Translations under genes and position numbers: made by a program
Notes under the pieces: model-generated
The model's input: the letters and a program-made list of their open reading frames with translations, nothing else
What the model was told of the DNA's origin: nothing
The model's database searches: none
Assembly (NCBI GenBank): GCA_016789455.1
Contig: JAEUQU010000001.1
Location: 33,710 to 97,709 of the forward strand
Length of the DNA stretch: 64,000 bases
Direction: 5' to 3'
DNA from: Candidatus Saccharimonadota bacterium
GTDB lineage: Bacteria; Patescibacteriota; Saccharimonadia; Saccharimonadales; Saccharimonadaceae
Shown: positions 9,401 through 17,381 of the stretch, piece by piece
How the letters are laid out: the number at the start of each line of letters is the position of its first letter
How positions within the stretch are numbered: position 1 is the first letter of the stretch

Positions 9401-10755
9401 CAGTAGTTGGAGGCCATGTAGGTCTGGTCAGGGAAACTGCTGGCGCTGCCGTACTTGTAGACACCGTTACCGCCATCCGTTCCCTGTTGCAGGGCGCTCA
9501 GGTTGCCGTTGGTGGCGGCGGTGTTGGCAAAGTAATTCTGGTTGACGGCGTAGCGGCCATTTGGCGCAAAGTACGAGACCACATAGGTAGTGTTGGCGGC
9601 GATAGCAACCGGTTCCGCAAACTGCACTTCCTGCCAGCCGGTGGCCGATTCGTTCTGGAAGGTGGCGGTGGCCAGGCGGGTACCGGTGGCGCTCCACAAC
9701 GAGCCGGTGTGCGTGCCCGTGTTGCCGGTGCCCTTGTAGAATTTGACGCCAGAGATCTTGACGGCCGTGCTGGAGCGGAATTTCACGCCCAGCTCCACGG
9801 CGCCCGTGTCATTGGCAGCGGCCACCGCCGGCGTGGTTGAATTGGGCCAGATACTGGCAGCCACAGCCGGCGCCTGGTTGCTGACGGTCACGGTGACGGC
9901 GCTACTGGTGGTGACATTGCCGGATGTGTCGGTGGCGACGGCGGTCAGGACGTGCGTACCATTATTGACACCGGATGTATTCCAATTGACGCTGTACGGG
10001 CTGCTGGTATCGGCGCTACCGATATTGTTGCCGTCCACTTTGAACTGGACATGCGCCACGGCGGCGTTATCGGCAGCATCTGCCGTGACGGCGAGCGTAC
10101 CGGAAACAGTCGCACCCCCAGCCGGTGCAGTCAGGCTGACGGTCGGGCCGGTGGTGTCTGAGCTGGCCGTAACCACATCCACCCAGTAGTTGCTGGAGTT
10201 GAAGGAGGCGTTGGGGAAATTACTGGCGCCGTAGCGGTAGACGCCATTCGGACCGTCAGTGCCGCTTTGCAGGGCGGTCAGGGTGCCGTTGGTGGCAGCC
10301 TGGTTGGCAAAATACCCCTCAGTGACCGCATAATGGCCGTTAGGGGCATGGTAGGAAACGATGTAAGTAGTGTTGGCGGCGATGGAAACCGGCGTCGTAA
10401 ATAGGGCTTGTTGCCAGCCACTGGCCGTCTCATTTTGGAAGGTGACGGTGGCCAGGCGCGTACCGTTCGCGGACCAAAGCGAGCCGGTGTGCGTGCCGGT
10501 GTTGCCCGTGCCCTTGTAAAATTTAACGCCGGTCACAGTGGTGGCTATGGAACTACGGAACTTAGTGCCCAGCTCGACGGCGTCACTATCCGGGTCGCTG
10601 AGGACCGCCGGTACTTCTGCACCAGTAAAGACCGACGCTGCCTCGGTCCGTCGCGAGAGCGAGACGAACAACGTCGCGCCCACCAGCAGCACCGCCACCA
10701 TGAATGCGGCGAGCGCCCTCGCCCTTGTATTGCGTTTAATGACAGCTAATGCCAT
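6493..10755 (-). CDS. giant secreted surface protein with three DUF4082-like modules, Ig-like domains and a large central domain
   Basis: 1420-aa ORF with an N-terminal signal/anchor (ALAAFMVAVLLVGATLFVSL). A roughly 150-aa module AVELG(T/V)KFRSS...GVKFYKGTGNTGTHTGSLWSA.G.RLAT.TFQNE.A.GWQ...NTTY.VSY.APNG.YA...NYWVDV occurs twice near the N-terminus and once, more diverged, at the C-terminus. Ig-like stretches of the form VTATFNEALTASTV / IELTFSEPLDASTV are present. Confidence 0.8.
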   Translation of the reverse strand: MALAVIKRNTRARALAAFMVAVLLVGATLFVSLSRRTEAASVFTGAEVPAVLSDPDSDAVELGTKFRSSIATTVTGVKFYKGTGNTGTHTGSLWSANGTRLATVTFQNETASGWQQALFTTPVSIAANTTYIVSYHAPNGHYAVTEGYFANQAATNGTLTALQSGTDGPNGVYRYGASNFPNASFNSSNYWVDVVTASSDTTGPTVSLTAPAGGATVSGTLAVTADAADNAAVAHVQFKVDGNNIGSADTSSPYSVNWNTSGVNNGTHVLTAVATDTSGNVTTSSAVTVTVSNQAPAVAASIWPNSTTPAVAAANDTGAVELGVKFRSSTAVKISGVKFYKGTGNTGTHTGSLWSATGTRLATATFQNESATGWQEVQFAEPVAIAANTTYVVSYFAPNGRYAVNQNYFANTAATNGNLSALQQGTDGGNGVYKYGSASSFPDQTYMASNYWVDVISVPLDNAAPTVTAATPTGGATNAATDATITATFNEALTASTVTASSVVLRNAQNAVVPATVSYDAAANKISLTPTAALEQGTQYTVTLTTAIKDAAGNALAADYTWSFTTQATTAGAVDPLAQGHDGPILVITKAGQPFSAYYSEILRAEGLNSFKTVEIGAVNSTMLANYDVAILGDMTLTDSQVSSLSNWVNSGGNLIAMRPDKKLAGLLGLTDQSALLSDAYLKVNTSTAPGAGIVDETIQYHGVADRYSANNGTATVATLYSNGTTATTNPAVTVRSVGSNGGQAAAFTYDLARSIVLMHQGNPAWSGDERDGNSVIRPNDLFYGAKAGDLQPDYVNLNKVAIPQADEQQRLLANLIAEVNKDRKPLPKLSYFPYNKKAVMVMVADDHATGNGTVSALDYQLAQSAPGCSVADWECVRSTSLIYTDTPLTDAQAAGYHAQGFDFGVHASTGCNNWTPASLSAAYDSDLAAFRAKYASLPVQRVNRIHCIAWSTYADAAKIGVDKGLRLDLNYYYWPGSWVQNRPGFMTGSGLNMRFADTDGSLIDSYQLPSHLVNESGQSFPGNINLQLDRALGPEGFYGALGTHYDYSDQFDRQLVQAAKSRGVPLVSGQQLLDWTDGRNASYFTGTSWNGSTLNFTASMDAKLRSMGRALLPLSSKNGTLLSLQKDGTNVSFDTETMKGVAYAVFPVTSGAYAATYGQDVTPPTVTTVSPAAGATNVAPGGNIELTFSEPLDASTVNSTNVQLLNGTTPVPAAVSYATASNRITINPNASLSPETVYTVQVSTGVKDANGVALASAYSSSFTTGANVFSLWAPQPQTVSAAADNDVELGLKFASSQNGSVKAITFYKSPADTLTSHTVTLWDAAGAPLGTATTGTETASGWQTATFATPIAITANATYTASYRSTAGHYSYTAGGLNAAFTNGPLTAQAGGGVFRYGGGFPESSFNGNNYWVDVVMGE

Positions 10756-11025
10756 ATAGCCTCCCTGATTGTTTCACCGTTTTTGTTTTTTGAATGGTTT
10801 ACACCCAGTATACACCAAAAATGATGTGAGCAATCATCAAGTTCGGTTGCGGTTTAGTACAGTTCAATTGCCTCACGAAGCTCGCTATAAGGTCTGCGAC
10901 AAATTGCCGTCCCTTCCCGACTAAGTGCGATATGCCGCCTTTCTGCAGGTACCGGGCGAGGTTATCGGCACCGACCGCTCCATGCGTACGTCCAGTTGTA
11001 GTAGACTGAGGCGGAAATACTGGAG

Positions 11026-11595
11026 CTAAAGTACAGCAGCCAGATCTTGCTTGAGCTGCTCAAACGACTCGTACTGGATAGCCGTCATCCCTAAGGAGCG
11101 TGCTCCGTCACAATATGCAATCACATCATCAACGAACACGCATTCCGCAGGCCCAACACCAAGCCGTTGCGCCGCCAGCTGAAATATCTTTGCGTCAGGC
11201 TTTCGGATGCCATGCTGATACGACAGGACGAAATCATCAAACAGCGCCTGATTTTCCTTTGAGAATAGCTCATCAAGCCAATCATCGGCAGCATTGGAAA
11301 GAAAACCAATCTTATACTTGGGCTTCAAATCAGTCTTGATGTAATTGAGCAGTTCATCGTTGTTTGGATTAAGTTCCAGGAATGACTTCACCTCATCCAG
11401 CCCGACGCCAGACAACTCAGATGTCCGCTGCAGTAGCTCGTCGAAGCTTATTTTTCCTTCGGTAGATAAGTGGTCTAGCGCCTTGATCTGCTCGACAATG
11501 TCAGGCTTATCGGATAGGTATGTTGAGTAAAAACGGGTGATACTATCCTCAACCAGGACACCGAAACAGTCGAAGATGATTGCTTTTTTAGCCAT
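11026..11595 (-). CDS. HAD-superfamily hydrolase
   Basis: Motif I is IIFDCFGVL, motif II FLSNA and motif IV FVDD. The start is set at ATG 11593-11595 (MAKKAIIFD...). The ORF is open up to a GTG at 11634. Confidence 0.7.
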   Translation of the reverse strand: MAKKAIIFDCFGVLVEDSITRFYSTYLSDKPDIVEQIKALDHLSTEGKISFDELLQRTSELSGVGLDEVKSFLELNPNNDELLNYIKTDLKPKYKIGFLSNAADDWLDELFSKENQALFDDFVLSYQHGIRKPDAKIFQLAAQRLGVGPAECVFVDDVIAYCDGARSLGMTAIQYESFEQLKQDLAAVL

Positions 11596-11680
11596 ACCCT
11601 TAATAATACTCTGCATTTGCACCATAATTGCCACGTATTAAACCACTCTCAAACAAGACGTTGATCAGCCTTATAGCCCC

Positions 11681-12019
11681 CTATGTGGTCAACGACCGCC
11701 AAAATAGTATCAGTAAGTCAACAAAAATGGCGATACACCCCGTGACAACAACCCCTGCCAAGCGTACTTTTGATGTTTTCTGGCCGTGAATTGCAGTGAA
11801 CCCCAACCATGAAACAATCAAAGCAGCCGCCAACCCCACAATAGGCAGGAGGCCAATTAAGATATTCCCAAAAACTATCCGCCATGGGGCGACTGCGCTT
11901 CCGCCCCAGATGCCATTCAGTAAGCCGGGGCCTGCAAATTCGTACAATAGCAGTAGCGCCAGAGGCAAGAATATAATATTAGAAAGAGCGGTGGTGTAGA
12001 ACAATTTGTTTTGACGCAT
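11681..12019 (-). CDS. small polytopic membrane protein (paralog of 1-339 and 1002-1355)
   Basis: 112-aa hydrophobic ORF. It has YEFAGPGLLNG (compare YDTYGPGLLNG in 1-339) and ends in FWRSLTT. Confidence 0.55.
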   Translation of the reverse strand: MRQNKLFYTTALSNIIFLPLALLLLYEFAGPGLLNGIWGGSAVAPWRIVFGNILIGLLPIVGLAAALIVSWLGFTAIHGQKTSKVRLAGVVVTGCIAIFVDLLILFWRSLTT

Positions 12020-12055
12020 CGTTTTTCTCCAAGGCTAAACTTAATAATTGACCCG

Positions 12056-12658
12056 TCACGCACGAGGCCAGTAGCCAGTGCCATGAGTCGGCACTGTGCA
12101 GCTCATAGCCAATGTAAGTATTGCATCATCAGATTCGGGTTTACTAAGCTTAACACTATATGCTCCTCCGCACTGAACCAGCTTCTGTGCGCGAACATTG
12201 AACGAAAACTCACGCGATAGCGAACGCAGGGCTGCTTCGTCATTTTGAGAGTAAGCCGGGTAGGCTGTAGTGGGCGCTTCAGATGCATCAACATGCTGGT
12301 CATTGCGAATTGCCTTAAGGAGGGCGCCCACAGCTTTACTAACTTCTGCTTTTTTGGACACCGCCAGCTCCACGTTGGCATCATACCTACAGGCTGTGCC
12401 CTTGAATAGTCCAAAGCCCTCCCCTACATCCCTGCAGTCTTTATTCTTCTCTAAGGTCAGGCCTCTGGAGGCTTCAATATCACTCACGATGCGGTCCATT
12501 ATAGTACTGGTAGTTTTAAGAACTTCCCTGTCATTCGAATCTTGAACTCTGCCGTAAATCAAGTATCCGAGGCTCAAGAACAGAGGCGTAAGGGCCAGTC
12601 CCGATAGGAGCAGGATGAGGTATGCGCCGTTCGTTTTTGTAGCTTTAGTGCTTTTCAT
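12056..12658 (-). CDS. N-anchored four-cysteine ectodomain protein (copy B)
   Basis: Start set at ATG 12656-12658 (MKSTKATKTNGAYLILLLSGLAL...), 1 nt after the stop of the upstream paralog. The Cys pairs are CRDVGEGFGLFKGTAC and C...SC, and a Trp lies near the C-terminus. Confidence 0.6.
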   Translation of the reverse strand: MKSTKATKTNGAYLILLLSGLALTPLFLSLGYLIYGRVQDSNDREVLKTTSTIMDRIVSDIEASRGLTLEKNKDCRDVGEGFGLFKGTACRYDANVELAVSKKAEVSKAVGALLKAIRNDQHVDASEAPTTAYPAYSQNDEAALRSLSREFSFNVRAQKLVQCGGAYSVKLSKPESDDAILTLAMSCTVPTHGTGYWPRA

Positions 12659-12659
12659 A

Positions 12660-13262
12660 TCACCACTGATCCTCGGCCAATAACGCTCGCGAGGGAGCAT
12701 AGCATCGTATCTCAGTCTTCATTCTGACAGGATCACCCTCAAGCAGTACCTCATTACGCAGATAGTAGTCTATAAAGCACTTTGAAGAAGTTACATCACT
12801 CAATGCAAAATCGGCGTGCCATATTTTCACTTGGCTTCGAAGCTCCTGATAACCCTCGGGGAGTTTCAGATCAAACGGAACAGTGGGCTCAAATTTCGAC
12901 ACGTTGGCGTCTGCTTCTATTACACTGGCACTTTCGCTCGTGAACGTTTTAACATAAATAGGTGAATGCACGTCGTTATCCGAAACTGCAGATATTGAGC
13001 ATAGCATTGCGCCCATCCTTATGAAACCTTCTCCTGGGGCTTCACAATTCTTCTCGTAAGTAAACTTTAGATTCTTATTTTTTGCCTCTATATTTGTCGC
13101 TAACCTCTCAACTTCACTTTTCATGTGCAAAAGATTGCTTTTTGAATGAAGCATTAGGAGAAAATTTACTAGCAGAATCAATAGAACGCCCGCTGCCGCC
13201 ACCCCTAGGATAATATGTAAGGGTTTTGCTTTTTTGTGAGTTGTTGGCTGATATCTCACCAT
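12660..13262 (-). CDS. N-anchored four-cysteine ectodomain protein (copy C)
   Basis: 200-aa ORF with TM segment IILGVAAAGVLLILLVNFLL. The Cys pairs are CEAPGEGFIRMGAMLC and CFIDYY...IRC, and it ends in ...AEDQW. Confidence 0.6.
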   Translation of the reverse strand: MVRYQPTTHKKAKPLHIILGVAAAGVLLILLVNFLLMLHSKSNLLHMKSEVERLATNIEAKNKNLKFTYEKNCEAPGEGFIRMGAMLCSISAVSDNDVHSPIYVKTFTSESASVIEADANVSKFEPTVPFDLKLPEGYQELRSQVKIWHADFALSDVTSSKCFIDYYLRNEVLLEGDPVRMKTEIRCYAPSRALLAEDQW

Positions 13263-13888
13263 TCGCTTGGCGCATAATTATCAAGCGTCCCAATGGTGCA
13301 GCTGACACCGATTTGTAACAATGCCCTAGCCTCATCCGAGTCTGCCTCGCCAATAAAGTACCCGATTCCACAATCGGCAGCATTAGGCTTTTTAATTTCG
13401 AAACTCATGCTGGCTCTTTTTTCATAATCAAGAAACCCCTCACTTTTTATAAGTTCGTCTAATGGTTTTTTTAGATTTGGGTACTTTTTATCCTCGGCAA
13501 CACTTACTCGCACCACATGCTCCGACTGCTCGACCAACTTATTTGTCTCATCAATCAGCCGCTTGACCTGTTCGGTGCTATCCACTTTATACTGGGCCTG
13601 TGCAATTATCCAGCACGAGGACGGCTCGGGCCTTGGCCTGAATGTCAAACCACCGGTAGGGCAATCGTTTTCATGGGTAAAAGCAATATTTTTGTTGTTC
13701 TGATGCACTTTATCACTTATTTCGGTAACCGCAGATCTCATTGCCTTCAATTCATTCAAATCAAGCGTGCGTATGATATGAAGGTATACGTTGTATAGAA
13801 GGATCATCGCAGCTAGCACAGCTAAAAGTGTGAGTATAAATTTCTTCCTAGAGCTCGCTCCGTTTAAAACTGTATGTGTTTTTTTCAT
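13256..13888 (-). CDS. N-anchored four-cysteine ectodomain protein (copy D)
   Basis: 210-aa ORF with TM segment FILTLLAVLAAMILLY. The Cys pairs are CPTGGLTFRPRPEPSSC and CGIGYF...VSC, and it ends in ...APSEW. It overlaps copy C by 7 nt. Confidence 0.6.
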   Translation of the reverse strand: MKKTHTVLNGASSRKKFILTLLAVLAAMILLYNVYLHIIRTLDLNELKAMRSAVTEISDKVHQNNKNIAFTHENDCPTGGLTFRPRPEPSSCWIIAQAQYKVDSTEQVKRLIDETNKLVEQSEHVVRVSVAEDKKYPNLKKPLDELIKSEGFLDYEKRASMSFEIKKPNAADCGIGYFIGEADSDEARALLQIGVSCTIGTLDNYAPSEW

Positions 13889-13904
13889 AGCTCTCCTATC
13901 TTTA

Positions 13905-16900
13905 TTAATTTATACAGCTGCTTCCGCTGGGCAGCGCTACGAGCGAAACATCTCGAGCTTCGCCATGTTTGACAACAGACAGGCTTGCAGGTATTAATGC
14001 CTGACATTGGTCATTCGCATCCATAAACAGGGCAGTAGGTACTCCCGAATTATCAATTAGGCTATTGGAAACTCCGTACTGCGAAGGCTCACTTGACACA
14101 CCAATCAATGCCCATCCGTCGTAGTTCGTATCGTTATCACTAATTCCAAGCTGCGCCTCAGCCGAAAAGATATTACGTTCGATATAAATCTTCTGCGGAT
14201 CTTCACTGATACTACTTTCTCCATTGCGTACGCGATATAAAGGCTGGGTACTGTCCGGAATGCCATTGCCATCAGCGTCATGGGAGGGGTTCTCTGGACG
14301 GCATGTAGAGGTATTGTATGCTTCAACTGTCAGACCACTGATTTGCGACTGCTGAACCACCGCGAGACTTGATGGCGCAACTTGTACGCAGCCGTTATCC
14401 GGGCTTCGGAAGCTTACATGCGGCACACCTTGAGAGTCAGTCCAAAAATTCGCCTTTATACCTTTTGTTGCCGCAGTTTGGCTTTGCGCAACCACAGCCC
14501 AGCCATCTGAATTGTCGTCATAGTCTCCAACTATATTTACATCTTCAGCCAAGTTAACATTACGTTCTATGTATATTACATCTTCGGTCGTGCTTGTTGT
14601 TCCGTTTCTTACCCTATACAGCTGTGGGGGGCCTTCCACTACCAAGTCACACCCATCGTCCGTGCCATCCATATCAACGTCTTCGTTTAAAGCGGCGGCA
14701 AATAAGCACGGATCCTGGTTATCTAAAATGCTATCTCCATCCTTATCGTTTTGAGATTCGTGTACTTCAATTGGCTGGTAAAGGTCTATCGAGTCACCAG
14801 CCGCCGATGTTCCGTAAATGTGAAGTGTATGGGAGCCGGGCTCAAACGTAGAGGGCAGAGAAACCTCTTGTTCAATCTTACCCTCTGAATCAACAGTGAA
14901 CGTTCCGAGGCTTGTGGGTGTTGATGCCATTACGACCTCGACCTGGCTATTAGGACTGATGCCTTTAGCAGATATGTCAAACGATAGGCTGTCAGACTTA
15001 ACGATTGTGCTGAGCTCAGTGTTAACATGGTAATAAGGCCAAAAGTTGTAGGTGGCACCAGTTGGATTGAAGTAGGTTGGTACGCCCGGCTTGGTGGTTT
15101 GATTGTTCGGCAAAGCTAGTCCATCACTTGCAATTGTCTTTGGGCTTGAAGGGTCGGGGTTTAGAATTACAGAGGATATAGTTTTATGGCCTGCCGCATT
15201 GGGGTGGAAGCTTTCGCTTCTTTCGCTGGCACCCGCAAGCGCGATGCCAGTGACCTTTGGCGTAAACTCATCGCATAGCCTGTAGCCTGCCAATGCGTTT
15301 TCTATGTCTATGTATTCTATACTAGCTTTTTTCGCAGCATATTTTATATGGTTATTAAAGTAAGCCACCGCTTCCTTCAGCATTTCCCTCTCGGCAGAAG
15401 TAAGTAATACATTTGCCGGACATATAGTTGCTTCATCATTCACAAATTGAGGGTAGCCAATTGCATATATTTTGCTGTCGGGAGCTGCATCTTTTAAGTC
15501 TTTGAATAACTTTACGAGCTTATTGCCCGCTTCTTGAATAAATAGACCAACTTGTTTACGGCCATTATCGGTATCAGCCCAGTCACAAGTAAGCAAGTCA
15601 TGCTGCACGCAGTCTTTTACAACTCTTTCAAACTGGGCGTCGTTGCCACCAATTCCGATGGTAATAATTTCTGGCTGGTATTTTTCTGCAAATTCTATTT
15701 GGTTTTCTCTGCCTGGAATAAAATCCAGTAAAGCTGCCGCTTTAGCATTTGCAACTTCCAGTTCGTCCAAAAAAATATGTGAAAGTCTTCCGTTAAGAAG
15801 CCCGTAGTTAATATCAGGCTGACCGAGATAGTTCTTTAATCCTACTTTATAATTTTTGATGTCATTAATCATTGCACCTGAGCATGCCACCGACTTAAAA
15901 TCACCACTGCTAATTCCCAGCATTTTTGCCAATCGATAGGGGTATGCCCTTGTACTCTGATGACATTTTTCGCGCAAAACCACTGGGTTGGCCGAATAAT
16001 CTCCATCCACATCAGTTATCGCCCTATAATATTTTTGACCTGTTTCTGGATTAATTTCTGTGTCCCCTTCTCCTGACGAGTAGGAGTCGCCCATGGCCAA
16101 ATACTCAAGCCTGTCATTACTGTGCCCTGCGGCCGTCAGCGTGTACTCCTGCTGCGCTCCAATCTTCAAGCTTGTGCCGTCGTAATTAAATGAGAGAAAG
16201 TATGCCCCATTATACTGTGCACCCGCTGCCGCTACTTGATTTTTCAAGAACTGAGTATGATCTTTTTCTCCGCAGCCGCTTACCACTTGGAGCTCATCTT
16301 GAGGGTTGGGACTGGCACAAGAATCGAGGTCAAATATTTTTACATAGTCAGTACCATAGTACAATGAGCCGCCCGACACTGCCGCTCGCTGGCCGTCGTT
16401 ACTGATAGCAATATCATATTCACTAGGGGAGTTAATCTGAATGCTAGCAAATGTAAGCACTTCATATGTATCAAGGTTGATGCGTAGTACCTTATTGTTG
16501 TTGGTGTATGCAATCAACCATTTTCCGTTTGGAGACGAGTCGATGGCTCGAGTGTAAACATCATTATCATTTGCGTCCTTTAAGGCTTTCCCCACTGTCA
16601 AATTATCGAGCTTGTACATTTTTTGGTAGTCATTGTAGCCTGAACCAATTGGCATAGTATCCGGATTTTCATAAATCTTCAGCCAAGCATAGTTGCCTAC
16701 GCCGGCGACAACCAGCTTGTCCGTATTGGGCACCAGCACCGGCGCAGCCCAGTGCCCGGTATCAATAACGTAGGACAATTTATTAAAGCCCATTTTGAGC
16801 GCACCACTCTGGCCGAGTTCACCAAAGGCGGTCTGAACAGCACATTCATCCCTATCAATAGTTACAGTTGTTTGGCCATAGTTAGCTAGGGTACTGTAGA

Positions 16901-17117
16901 TACTTAGCGGCACCTTGGAACAGTGCTTCCCTTCGGTACCATCAAGAGCTTTGTTAGGGTCCGGAGGTGTGTAGGTGAATGTGGGATTGGAGCTGACGCT
17001 CCACATAGCCGTCGCCTTAACGGCAGATGCATATGCAAAAATAATGCCCAGCACAGCAATTATCAGTAGCGGTGCAATAATTACTCTTTTGCCTGGGCTG
17101 CCAAAACGGCTTTTCAT
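13905..17117 (-). CDS. large secreted multidomain protein with a central SGNH/GDSL hydrolase domain, Ca-binding Asp-rich motifs and a tandem C-terminal repeat
   Basis: 1070-aa ORF with signal/anchor VIIAPLLIIAVLGIIFAYASA. SGNH block I is YLAMGDSYSSGEG, block III is TIGIGGNDAQF, and the late FHPNAAGH resembles block V. Asp-rich motifs are DKDGDSILDNQDPC, DVDMDGTDDGCD and DADGNGIPD. Two roughly 110-aa C-terminal repeats both begin (P)(Q)LYRVRNG...YIERN. Confidence 0.75.
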   Translation of the reverse strand: MKSRFGSPGKRVIIAPLLIIAVLGIIFAYASAVKATAMWSVSSNPTFTYTPPDPNKALDGTEGKHCSKVPLSIYSTLANYGQTTVTIDRDECAVQTAFGELGQSGALKMGFNKLSYVIDTGHWAAPVLVPNTDKLVVAGVGNYAWLKIYENPDTMPIGSGYNDYQKMYKLDNLTVGKALKDANDNDVYTRAIDSSPNGKWLIAYTNNNKVLRINLDTYEVLTFASIQINSPSEYDIAISNDGQRAAVSGGSLYYGTDYVKIFDLDSCASPNPQDELQVVSGCGEKDHTQFLKNQVAAAGAQYNGAYFLSFNYDGTSLKIGAQQEYTLTAAGHSNDRLEYLAMGDSYSSGEGDTEINPETGQKYYRAITDVDGDYSANPVVLREKCHQSTRAYPYRLAKMLGISSGDFKSVACSGAMINDIKNYKVGLKNYLGQPDINYGLLNGRLSHIFLDELEVANAKAAALLDFIPGRENQIEFAEKYQPEIITIGIGGNDAQFERVVKDCVQHDLLTCDWADTDNGRKQVGLFIQEAGNKLVKLFKDLKDAAPDSKIYAIGYPQFVNDEATICPANVLLTSAEREMLKEAVAYFNNHIKYAAKKASIEYIDIENALAGYRLCDEFTPKVTGIALAGASERSESFHPNAAGHKTISSVILNPDPSSPKTIASDGLALPNNQTTKPGVPTYFNPTGATYNFWPYYHVNTELSTIVKSDSLSFDISAKGISPNSQVEVVMASTPTSLGTFTVDSEGKIEQEVSLPSTFEPGSHTLHIYGTSAAGDSIDLYQPIEVHESQNDKDGDSILDNQDPCLFAAALNEDVDMDGTDDGCDLVVEGPPQLYRVRNGTTSTTEDVIYIERNVNLAEDVNIVGDYDDNSDGWAVVAQSQTAATKGIKANFWTDSQGVPHVSFRSPDNGCVQVAPSSLAVVQQSQISGLTVEAYNTSTCRPENPSHDADGNGIPDSTQPLYRVRNGESSISEDPQKIYIERNIFSAEAQLGISDNDTNYDGWALIGVSSEPSQYGVSNSLIDNSGVPTALFMDANDQCQALIPASLSVVKHGEARDVSLVALPSGSSCIN

Positions 17118-17181
17118 GTTTTTTGTTTTCCTTAAGTTTGTACTTTTATTGTACGCGATAAATCAAACTAAAAATAGTAAC

Positions 17182-17257
17182 TGGTACCCCGGGTTGGGAT
17201 CGAACCAACGACCTTAGGCTTAGAAGTCCTCTGCTCTATCCACTGAGCTACCGGGGC
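17182..17257 (-). tRNA. tRNA-Arg (anticodon UCU)
   Basis: The minus-strand read GCCCCGGTAGCTCAGTGGATAGAGCAGAGGACTTCTAAGCCTAAGGTCGTTGGTTCGATCCCAACCCGGGGTACCA folds by hand into a cloverleaf. The acceptor is 7 bp with G1-U72, the T arm is GTTGG/TTCGATC/CCAAC, the anticodon loop is CTTCTAA and CCA is encoded. The anticodon stem has only 3 Watson-Crick pairs plus two mismatches. Confidence 0.8.
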
Positions 17258-17273
17258 GTATAAATACAGTGTG

Positions 17274-17282
17274 AGTATAGCA
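17274..17282 (-). promoter_or_regulatory. extended -10 box TGCTATACT, 16 nt upstream of the tRNA-Arg 5' end
   Basis: The plus strand reads AGTATAGCA at 17274-17282. The 9-mer is identical to those at 17342-17350, 20904-20912 and 27837-27845. Confidence 0.5.
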
Positions 17283-17341
17283 TGCGCCGCAGTTCCTGGG
17301 GTATTCCTTGGCGGGTGTTTATATGTGATAATTGCCAAGTT

Positions 17342-17350
17342 TGCTATACT
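17342..17350 (+). promoter_or_regulatory. extended -10 box TGCTATACT, 31 nt upstream of tRNA-Gly
   Basis: Exact TGCTATACT, arranged divergently with the tRNA-Arg promoter. Confidence 0.5.
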
Positions 17351-17381
17351 AAGGCGTACTCATAAGAAATCACAGCCACGT

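Noticed and set aside
6646-10759. Many 60-280-aa ORFs on both strands inside the 1420-aa gene
   Set aside because: All lie within one uninterrupted 4.26-kb ORF that has clear repeated domain structure. They are shadow ORFs of GC-rich coding DNA.
10756-11025. 270-nt ORF-free gap upstream of the giant surface-protein gene; considered as a possible pseudogene or ncRNA
   Set aside because: I found only very short reading frames and no convincing hairpins, repeats or tRNA-like structure by eye. It probably contains the promoter and leader of 6493-10755. Nothing here is supportable.
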